This document shows, piece after piece, positions 19,388-27,244 of a stretch of DNA of 64,000 bases (its first letter is position 1; the number at the start of each line of letters is the position of its first letter). Made by a program: the position numbers and the translations under genes. Location of the stretch: assembly GCA_003225315.1 (NCBI GenBank), contig QHZD01000023.1, positions 90,347-154,346 on the forward strand, given 5' to 3'. The DNA comes from Acidobacteriota bacterium. GTDB lineage: Bacteria; Acidobacteriota; Terriglobia; Acidiferrales; UBA7541. The notes below the pieces were generated by a model. The model was not told where the DNA came from. It was given only the letters and a program-made list of their open reading frames with translations, and ran no database searches.

Positions 19388-21313
19388 ATGGATCACCACG
19401 CAGTCTCTCGAAGACCTACGCTGAAATACTTGGGCTTGCTAGGCGCAACTGCGATAAGTCGAATCCTCCTCCTACTGCCGCTCGCGCTAACCATGTCCGC
19501 GCAAGAATGGCGATTTTATGGTGGTGATGCCGGCGGAACGCGGTATTCGCCGCTCAAACAGATCAATCGTCAAAACGTTAAGAACTTGAAAAGAGTGTGG
19601 ACGTATCACATGCGAGAAGTGGACCGCGGAGGCAACGAAACGGATCGCCATAATATTGCGCCATTTGAATCCACGCCAATCGTGATTGACGGAGTGCTTT
19701 ACTTCTCCGCGCCTTCCAATCGTGTGATTGCTTTAGACGCGGAGACTGGTCAGGAGGTTTGGCAGTTCGATCCACAAGCGGGGCGCACCGGGCCTCGCCA
19801 GTTCTTTCAACACCGTGGCGTGGCCTACTGGCAGAGTGAGACAGGAGGAGAAGGCCGAATTCTGTACGGCACTTTCGATGCGCGCCTGATCGCCCTAGAT
19901 GCGAAAACCGGAAAACCTTGCCGGGAATTTGGAAAAGACGGCACGGTTGATCTGCGCGCAGGGGTCGCGGATGCTTATCCACGAGCGGAATATTCGGTGA
20001 CGTCGCCTCCGGCCATCTATCAAGATTTGGTCATTACAGGAGCGGCGGTTCCGGAATATCCGTCGAAAGGTCCGGGTGGTGACGTGCGCGCGTTTGACGC
20101 TCGCTCGGGCAAACTCGTATGGACTTTCCATACCATTCCCCGGACGGGAGAATTGGGACACGAGAGCTGGGAGGGAGATGCATGGAAGCAGCGCACTGGC
20201 GTGAATGTCTGGTCGATTATGAGTGTGGACGTTGAGCACGGTTTGATTTTTCTTCCTGTGGGTTCGGCTTCGTATGATTTCTACGGCGCAGACCGCAAGG
20301 GCATGGATCTGTTCAGCAACTGCCTGGTGGCGCTCGACGCCGCAACCGGCAAACTCGTCTGGCACTACCAGATGGTGCACCACGATGTCTGGGACTACGA
20401 TATGCCTGCGCAGCCCGTGCTGATCTCGGTGCGGCGCGATGGCCATGATATTCCTGCGGTTGCACAGCTAACAAAGATGGGATTTGTGTTTATCCTGGAC
20501 CGGCTTACGGGCAAACCGCTATTTCCGGTAGAAGAACGCCCGGTTCCCAAGAGTGACGTGCCCGGCGAAACCACCTGGCCGACACAGCCTTTTCCGGTCA
20601 AGCCTCCGCCCCTTGTTCGACAGTCTTTCAGCGAAAGCGAGATCAGCACAGTTACGCCGGAATCCAGCCGTTATTGCGCGCAGCTGTTTCATTCGCTCGA
20701 AAGCCACGGAATGTACACACCCTACGGCCGCAAGATGACCTTAGTGGTACCAGGCACGCTGGGCGGGGCGAACTGGTCCGGCGCTTCTTTTGATAGTGCT
20801 TCCGGCTACTTGTTTGTGAATGCAAATGAACTGGGAGCCGTTGGAGAAATGAAGCCGCAGGCCGCTGACGCGCCATTGCGATACCGGAGAGGCTCCAAAG
20901 AAGGCGAGTATGCCCGCTTCTGGGACGAGCACCAATGGCCATGCCAGAAACCGCCGTGGGGGACTCTCAATGCCGTGGACGTAAATACAGGGGAGATTGT
21001 TTGGAAGGTTCCACTTGGAGCTGTAGATGAGCTGAAGGGGAAAACTGGCACGCCTAACCTTGGTGGCACGATTGTGACGGATGGCGGGCTGGTATTTATC
21101 GGGGCAACGATTGATAGCCGTTTTCGGGGCTTCGATGCGCGAACGGGAGAGCAACTGTGGGCCGGCGAGCTGGAGGCAAGCGCGCACGCCACTCCAATCA
21201 CCTACATGGGCAAGAAGTCCGGCAAGCAGTTCGTCGTAATTGCCGCTGGAGGAGGCGGTTATTTCAAAGGGAGAGTGTCCGATGCGCTGGCGGCATTTGC
21301 GCTATCGGACTAG
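19388..21313 (+). CDS. PQQ-dependent glucose/sorbosone-type dehydrogenase (quinoprotein GDH family) lacking the N-terminal multi-TM anchor
   Basis: EWRFYGGDAGGTRYSPLKQINRQNV; FESTPIVIDGVLY; HRGVAYW; QMVHHDVWDYDMPAQP; GGANWSG; PNLGGTIVTDGGLVFIGAT; ATPITY. TTGACA-N17-TATCTG at 19349-19377. Confidence 0.9.
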   Translation: MDHHAVSRRPTLKYLGLLGATAISRILLLLPLALTMSAQEWRFYGGDAGGTRYSPLKQINRQNVKNLKRVWTYHMREVDRGGNETDRHNIAPFESTPIVIDGVLYFSAPSNRVIALDAETGQEVWQFDPQAGRTGPRQFFQHRGVAYWQSETGGEGRILYGTFDARLIALDAKTGKPCREFGKDGTVDLRAGVADAYPRAEYSVTSPPAIYQDLVITGAAVPEYPSKGPGGDVRAFDARSGKLVWTFHTIPRTGELGHESWEGDAWKQRTGVNVWSIMSVDVEHGLIFLPVGSASYDFYGADRKGMDLFSNCLVALDAATGKLVWHYQMVHHDVWDYDMPAQPVLISVRRDGHDIPAVAQLTKMGFVFILDRLTGKPLFPVEERPVPKSDVPGETTWPTQPFPVKPPPLVRQSFSESEISTVTPESSRYCAQLFHSLESHGMYTPYGRKMTLVVPGTLGGANWSGASFDSASGYLFVNANELGAVGEMKPQAADAPLRYRRGSKEGEYARFWDEHQWPCQKPPWGTLNAVDVNTGEIVWKVPLGAVDELKGKTGTPNLGGTIVTDGGLVFIGATIDSRFRGFDARTGEQLWAGELEASAHATPITYMGKKSGKQFVVIAAGGGGYFKGRVSDALAAFALSD

Positions 21314-21396
21314 AGAATCCGGCTAAACGTAAATTGAGGATGCCTCTCGTAGGGGAAACATTGCCCAACGGCTCGCTGAGAATGGAGAACTTAAAG

Positions 21397-22857
21397 ATGT
21401 TCCGGTCACCGACGAGCTTCAGATTATGCAGAGTCCGAGCACGATCGATCGCGAGAAATTGTTGCTTCGGAACGCTACTGCTGCTGGCGACCGGTGGCCT
21501 GGGATTTGCGCAATCAAATGTCGTCGTGGTTCGCCCAAAAGAAATCCACGATGTGCTTGTGAATCCTGGAATGGGCATTACCACGTTCCAGCGATTTAAT
21601 GGGCAAGAGCCAAATCCTCCTTTGAAGTGGTCCGAAGTGGGGCCAGTTGCGAAGCTTCCGCAAGCGCCGACAAAGCCGGATTTTCCTAATACTTCTATCT
21701 CGTATTGTCGCTGGTATTGGAACGTCCTTGAGACGGAACCCGGCAAGTTCCATTGGGAAATTGTGGACCTCGCCCTGGAGGAGGCGAGAGCACATGGGCA
21801 AACTCTTGCCATTCGCTTAATGCCGTACTCGAACCAGGATCCGCTCCCGGCTTGGTATAGCAACTCGGGCGCTCGGCGTGCCAACAAAGCGACAGACAAA
21901 GACGGGGAAATCTGGCAGCCGGATTTTAGCGACCCGCTATTTCTTAAGTACTGGGGCGAGCTTGTGGCTGAAGCGGGGAAACGTTACGACGGGAACCCCT
22001 ATCTGGATAGCGTAGATATTTCGTCAGTGGGCTATTGGGGAGAGGGCTGGAGTCCGTACATGCCGGCATTTGCTTATCAGAAAGAACTTATTGATATTTG
22101 GCTAGAAGCGTTTCAACGCACGCCGCTGCTGATGAATTTTGACGAGCAACAAGCCCTCACGTATGGCACGGCGCACGGCGCGGGATGGAGACTGGATTGT
22201 TTGGGGGACATGCGGACAAGTTCCACGAATCCTTACTTTCCGGCCGAGATGCTGGAGATTTACCCGCAACAAGTGGTGCGGGCGGGAATTCAGGACGTTT
22301 GGCAACACAAGCCAGTCTCACTGGAAGTCTGTTTTACAGTGGCGGGTTGGAAGGAGAGAGGCTACGACGTCGACTACATTCTCGATCAAGCACTGCGCTG
22401 GCATGTGAGCTCCGTGAACATAAAGTCGTCACCGATTCCGTCTGAATGGAAAAGTCAATTCGAGAACTTTCAGAAGAAGATGGGCTACCGTTTTATTTTG
22501 CGGCGCCTGGAATACCCGAAGACAGTTGAAGCCGGCTCGATGATGCCGCTTCACATGTGGTGGCTGAACGCGGGAGTCGCTCCCATTTACAGGGATTTCT
22601 CGCTGGCGGCGGAACTGCGATCTGCCAAGACAGCGACCATCATTCGAATTCCTGTTGACGTGCAGAAATGGCTTCCCGGAGATGCGGTATTCGATGGCAC
22701 TTTGTACGTTCCGGAAAATTTGGCAGAAGGTCCTTACGATTTTCGCGTTGCGATGCTGGACCCGAGGACGGAACAACCGGCGATTCGTTTTGCCATTGAA
22801 GGCCGGCAAGACGACGGCTGGTACGCCATGGGATCGCTCACGGTGAAAACGCGGTGA
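21397..22857 (+). CDS. DUF4832-type secreted GH-A-like (beta-galactosidase-like) TIM-barrel protein
   Basis: VLVNPGMG; YCRWYWNVLETEPGKFHWEIVD; VGYWGEGW; GWRLDCLGD; VSLEVC; KKMGYRFILR; WLNAGVAPIY. Start ATG 21397 has a GGAG RBS (ORF track opens at 21157). Confidence 0.7.
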   Translation: MFRSPTSFRLCRVRARSIARNCCFGTLLLLATGGLGFAQSNVVVVRPKEIHDVLVNPGMGITTFQRFNGQEPNPPLKWSEVGPVAKLPQAPTKPDFPNTSISYCRWYWNVLETEPGKFHWEIVDLALEEARAHGQTLAIRLMPYSNQDPLPAWYSNSGARRANKATDKDGEIWQPDFSDPLFLKYWGELVAEAGKRYDGNPYLDSVDISSVGYWGEGWSPYMPAFAYQKELIDIWLEAFQRTPLLMNFDEQQALTYGTAHGAGWRLDCLGDMRTSSTNPYFPAEMLEIYPQQVVRAGIQDVWQHKPVSLEVCFTVAGWKERGYDVDYILDQALRWHVSSVNIKSSPIPSEWKSQFENFQKKMGYRFILRRLEYPKTVEAGSMMPLHMWWLNAGVAPIYRDFSLAAELRSAKTATIIRIPVDVQKWLPGDAVFDGTLYVPENLAEGPYDFRVAMLDPRTEQPAIRFAIEGRQDDGWYAMGSLTVKTR

Positions 22858-24905
22858 AACATTTAAGAATGATCCGGCCATGCATCATTATGGTCGTGAT
22901 GGCCGGAACGATTGCCTTCTGCGCCCTAGCCGTAGACGATTCGCCGCCAGCGCAAGCTTTCTTTGTTCGTGAACAGCCTTTGCCGCCGGGGCCGCGAATA
23001 ACACCTTTCCTGCAATACCAGGCAGAGCAAGCGTGGAGCGAAGACAACGATCGGATAAAAGCCTGGGACGCCATCCATAACGAGCGAGAATTGCTGAAGA
23101 CGCAGAGCGAACTGCGGCAGAAGCTCTTGCAAATGATTGGAGGATTGCCGGAAGTAAAAACAGATCTGCGTGCACGAGTCACAGGCCGGATTCAGATGGA
23201 TGGATTCACCATTGAAAAGCTAATCTTCCAGAGTCTGCCAGGCGTCTATGTAACTGCTCTTGTTTACGTGCCGGATGATCATTCCAGGAAACATCCTGCG
23301 GTGCTGGTCCCCGCGGGGCACGCGGCGGATGGAAAATTTCATTATCAGGCATTGAGCCAGCGATTGGTGGGGCGAGGGTACGTTGTGATTTCGTGGGATC
23401 CCGTTGGGCAAGGCGAACGCAGCCAGTTCTGGTATGCGACAGCGGGCAAGAGTCGCTACAACCTGATTTGTGGCGAACACGCGGTGATGGGGAATCTGGC
23501 CTATTTGGCCGGAGCCAATCTCGCCAGGTGGGAAATATGGGATGGGATTCGCGCAGTCGATTATCTGCTCACCCGCCCCGAGGTAGATGGTGAGCGAATC
23601 AGCATCACCGGCACGAGCGGCGGCGGCACTCAGGCTGCTTTGATTGCCGCGCTCGATCAACGCATTAAAGTGGCCGTGCCTTCGTGCTATATCAGCGCGC
23701 TGCCGATGAGGATTTCCAACCGCATTTTTGCCGATCCGGACAGCGATCCCGAGCAGGATTTATTTGGCATGATTTCAAATGGCGTGGACCATCCCGGGTT
23801 GCTGCTGCTGATGTATCCGCGGCCGGTATTGGTGGCCGCCACAGTACTCGATTTTTTTCCTATTGAAGGAACGCGCAAAACCGTTCGCGAAGTTCAAAGG
23901 CTTTACGAACGTTTCGCCCATGGAGACCGTATTGCGCTGGCCGAAGGCTACCACACGCATCAATTCTCAGCGGAGAATCAGCAAGCCGCGCTCGACTTTC
24001 TCGACCACTTCAATCAAATGCCGATTCGGCATGGACTTCCAACAGTAAAGGAACTCGCGGGCAAGGCATTGCAATGCACTGAAACAGGGCAGGTCATGCT
24101 CGACTACGGCGACGCAAAATCCTTAATGTCAGTGATCAAGGAGTATTATGACGAGCACAAGTCCGGACCGGCACGCAGCCTCGCGAAGCAATACTACGGT
24201 GACCAATACAATGGAGTGAAAGACTGGCAGGTCAGTGAGTACACCGGCGTCCCGGCCGGGCGAGAGGAAATTACTTGGGAAGCCGCGGGGAACTGGAAAT
24301 CAGGCGACGTTTCGATTGACCGTTACATGCTCCGCCACAGCAAACTGCTTGAAATGCCACTGCTGCGCATTCACAAATCCGCTGCCGACAAACGAACAGT
24401 ACTCCTGTGGTTCAGTGAAAGTGGCAAAGCGACCGCAGCAAACTGGCCTGAAATCAAGAAATACATAGACGAGGGATACGATATCGTTTCGTTTGATTTC
24501 CGAGGCCTCGGTGAGAATCGAATGTCCTATACTGCCGTCTCGCCCGATGATCCGGCATTGGGTGCGTTAGATTTTGACCATGCTTATGTGAATTCCATTT
24601 CAGGCGTGCTGGCAAATCACGTGTACAACTCGCTTTTGATCGGCAGGCCGTATTTTCTCCAGATGATTGAGGACGCAGAAATCGCCGGCCGATTCGCTCA
24701 TGAAAAGTTTGGTGCGAAAGCAGAAGCCGTAACCGCGCCGGGTGATGGATATACGCTCGCTAGCGCTATTGCGGAGACGCTGCCCGGCATCAAACTCTTG
24801 CCCAGGTCGGACGCAAGAGTCTTGAAATGGTCTGAAATCGTGGAGCAGAAACGGGCAACCTGGCCAATCCAGTATCTGCTGCCATCGGGAGCCTACGTTC
24901 ATTGA
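22854..24905 (+). CDS. Secreted acetylxylan-esterase-like alpha/beta hydrolase (two-domain)
   Basis: IEKLIFQSLPGVYVTALVYVP; PAGH; WDPVGQGER; WDGIRAVDYLLTRPEVD; nucleophile elbow GTSGGG. GTG start overlaps the upstream stop (GTGA). Confidence 0.8.
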   Translation: MKHLRMIRPCIIMVVMAGTIAFCALAVDDSPPAQAFFVREQPLPPGPRITPFLQYQAEQAWSEDNDRIKAWDAIHNERELLKTQSELRQKLLQMIGGLPEVKTDLRARVTGRIQMDGFTIEKLIFQSLPGVYVTALVYVPDDHSRKHPAVLVPAGHAADGKFHYQALSQRLVGRGYVVISWDPVGQGERSQFWYATAGKSRYNLICGEHAVMGNLAYLAGANLARWEIWDGIRAVDYLLTRPEVDGERISITGTSGGGTQAALIAALDQRIKVAVPSCYISALPMRISNRIFADPDSDPEQDLFGMISNGVDHPGLLLLMYPRPVLVAATVLDFFPIEGTRKTVREVQRLYERFAHGDRIALAEGYHTHQFSAENQQAALDFLDHFNQMPIRHGLPTVKELAGKALQCTETGQVMLDYGDAKSLMSVIKEYYDEHKSGPARSLAKQYYGDQYNGVKDWQVSEYTGVPAGREEITWEAAGNWKSGDVSIDRYMLRHSKLLEMPLLRIHKSAADKRTVLLWFSESGKATAANWPEIKKYIDEGYDIVSFDFRGLGENRMSYTAVSPDDPALGALDFDHAYVNSISGVLANHVYNSLLIGRPYFLQMIEDAEIAGRFAHEKFGAKAEAVTAPGDGYTLASAIAETLPGIKLLPRSDARVLKWSEIVEQKRATWPIQYLLPSGAYVH

Positions 24906-24993
24906 AACTAGTCTGAACTAGTCTCATTAAGGCTAGATGCTTTGTCCGGCATTTTGGCGGAAGTGAGGCCAGTCGACTATCAGAAAGTCTCAA

Positions 24994-25758
24994 CTAATTC
25001 ACGAGCCGTAAGACTCCAAACCGAGTTGGCACGTGAAATGTCTTTCCTTCGGGAATGATGCTCCATGCCAGAAATTTGCGATGGTCGTCTCGGCCCTTCC
25101 CTGCCGCTCGAAAGAAATTCACCCGCCATTCCGCGCCCGGCCGAATCGCGCTGAGACTCATCGACGAGACTTGTATACGCATTTCGGCGGTCCAAATATG
25201 ATTCTTAGCGTTGATGCTCGTGGCATGCTCAAAGCCAGAATTCCAAGAAGCATCATTAAAAGGGTTTTTGGTTTTATCGATTTCAAGATCGATCCACTGA
25301 TTGTTGGGCGCTACCTCGAACTCATAGTAGTGATTCACTCGCTCCGGCTGAGGGTTCAGGAAGACTTCGGCAACATCACGATCCCAAAGGTGCCATCGCT
25401 CTACCTTTGGGTCTTCACCCTGATAGACATTCAGTGAGTGGTAGCGGCACCAAAAGAAGAAGTAGACATATGTTTCGGTCCAAACGGATGAGACACGCGT
25501 TGAAATTTCGGGAAAGTGGGAGTTGCCGGAGGCGTCAGTGTCAAATTCCACTGACTCGGCATGCTTCCAGGAAGGCTTCTCCGGAACACCGTCCGGCAGG
25601 AAATCCACCGCAGATCGTTTTGCCTGGAGTTGCATGTCGCTAGCATAGGAATGCTGAGGTATGTTCGCGATCTTGCCTTGCCCCGAAAAGGGAAGCATCG
25701 TGAATACGGCCCCCGCGAGAGCGCCGGTCAGAACGCCGATTTTCCAAAGTTCCATCAA
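24994..25758 (-). CDS. Carbohydrate-binding family 9-like protein
   Basis: W.E.YVYFFF; LWDRDVAEVFLNP; YYEFEVAPNNQWID; WTAEMRI; WRVNFFR; TFHVPTRFG. Confidence 0.8.
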   Translation of the reverse strand: MMELWKIGVLTGALAGAVFTMLPFSGQGKIANIPQHSYASDMQLQAKRSAVDFLPDGVPEKPSWKHAESVEFDTDASGNSHFPEISTRVSSVWTETYVYFFFWCRYHSLNVYQGEDPKVERWHLWDRDVAEVFLNPQPERVNHYYEFEVAPNNQWIDLEIDKTKNPFNDASWNSGFEHATSINAKNHIWTAEMRIQVSSMSLSAIRPGAEWRVNFFRAAGKGRDDHRKFLAWSIIPEGKTFHVPTRFGVLRLVN

Positions 25759-25863
25759 AAGATTTCCTTAGTGCAAGGCCGGTCCGGCCTTCTTAGGAGC
25801 GATGTCCGCCGTTTAAGTTTCCGGTCGCTTTAATAGAAGCCGAGCTCGGAGATTTATGCCACT

Positions 25864-25915
25864 TTGACAAGCGAAAGTAAACGATATAGAAGAAGGCAAA
25901 CAAAAAAAGGAAATC
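25864..25915 (+). promoter_or_regulatory. TTGACA box with adjacent AgaR-like GAAAG/A-tract motifs
   Basis: TTGACA 25864-25869 immediately followed by GCGAAAGTA (7/9 match to ACGAAAGCA found at 27222, 34944 and 34966). Confidence 0.45.
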
Positions 25916-25949
25916 GGTGACGACGCGATTGAATAACACTGGAGGACTT

Positions 25950-27158
25950 ATGAGCGGAATCGACCGAAGAAGCTGGTTGGGAAGTATTGGGATGTCTCTC
26001 GTCGCAAGCAGATTACCTCGAACCTCCATAACGTCACCGATGCCGCCGGAAGGTGCGGGGAGGCCGTTGCAGCTCGCGGACTTCCAACCACGCAGCATGT
26101 TGCACGTCCCAGAGACAAAGGTGCCCCGCTCGCGTTATCCGGTCATAGACATTCATACGCACCTTTCTTTTGCCGCCAGGACAGAGAACGGAGTCGGGAT
26201 AGGCGAAGAAATGAAGTACTTGGCACCAGTGGACGCGTTGCTGCCGATAATGGACCGAAAGAACATCCGCATAATGGTCAACCTAACGGGCGGAGTTGGA
26301 AAGGGACTCGATGAATCGATTCGCAAGTATCAGCGGCCCTATCCTGAACGCTTCATAACCTTCACGGAACCATGGTGGGACCGCACGAATCAACCGGCGT
26401 ACAGCAAATTTCAAGCCGATGAGATCGCTCGGGCACAGCAGGCAGGCGCGCGTGGACTCAAAATCCTAAAGACGTTGGGCCTTTACTTGCGCGAGGGAGT
26501 CTCGAAGGGGCCATTAGTGAAAATTGACGATCCGCGTTTCGACGCCATGTGGGAGGCATCCGGCTCGCTGGGGATGCCTGTTGCGATTCATGTTTCGGAT
26601 CCGGAGGCATTCTTCCTTCCCATTGATCGGTTCAATGAACGCTTCGAGGAACTGAATAACCATCCGGATTGGTCTTTCTACGGCGGTGATTTTCCCAGTA
26701 ACGCAGAATTGCTGGAAGCTCGCAACCGCGTATTGGCCCGCCACCCCAAGACGCAGTTCATTGTGCTTCATGTGGGCAATGACGCTGAGAATCTTCCTTA
26801 CGTTAGCGAATGCATGGACCGCTTTCCCAACATGCACGTGGAGCTTGGTGCGCGAATTGGGGAGCTGGGACGCCAGCCGCGTATGGCCAGAAAGTTCTTC
26901 GAGAAATACCAGGATCGAATTCTTTTTGGAACGGATGCCGTCCCCCATGGAACGGACACGCCTCAGCAAGTTTTCGTCGATGAACTTTACGAGATTTACT
27001 ACCGCTTTCTTGAAACCGAAGACGAATACTTCGATTATGCACCAGCACCTACACCTCCTCAGGGACGCTGGCGAATCTATGGCCTGGGATTGCCGGACGG
27101 AATCCTAAAGAAGGTTTACTATGAAAATGCCGCCAGGATCTTGCAAGTCAAGATTTAG
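25950..27158 (+). CDS. Amidohydrolase_2-family metallohydrolase with Tat-like signal
   Basis: GGAGG RBS then ATG 25950; DRRSWLG; VIDIHTH; GARGLK; PVAIHVSD; FIVLHVG; ELGARIGELGRQP; RILFGTD; KKVYYENA. Confidence 0.85.
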   Translation: MSGIDRRSWLGSIGMSLVASRLPRTSITSPMPPEGAGRPLQLADFQPRSMLHVPETKVPRSRYPVIDIHTHLSFAARTENGVGIGEEMKYLAPVDALLPIMDRKNIRIMVNLTGGVGKGLDESIRKYQRPYPERFITFTEPWWDRTNQPAYSKFQADEIARAQQAGARGLKILKTLGLYLREGVSKGPLVKIDDPRFDAMWEASGSLGMPVAIHVSDPEAFFLPIDRFNERFEELNNHPDWSFYGGDFPSNAELLEARNRVLARHPKTQFIVLHVGNDAENLPYVSECMDRFPNMHVELGARIGELGRQPRMARKFFEKYQDRILFGTDAVPHGTDTPQQVFVDELYEIYYRFLETEDEYFDYAPAPTPPQGRWRIYGLGLPDGILKKVYYENAARILQVKI

Positions 27159-27174
27159 CTCCCTTTCAAAAGAA

Positions 27175-27244
27175 TTGACAAAGCAAAGACTTTCTGCCAA
27201 AAAGAAAGCGAAGCAATGGTAACGAAAGCAAAGAAAAGAAAAAG
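27175..27244 (+). promoter_or_regulatory. Candidate AgaR operator array
   Basis: TTGACA 27175-27180; CTTTC 27190; GAAAG 27204 and 27224; ACGAAAGCA-AAGAAAAGAAAAAG with 5-nt periodicity. Confidence 0.5.
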
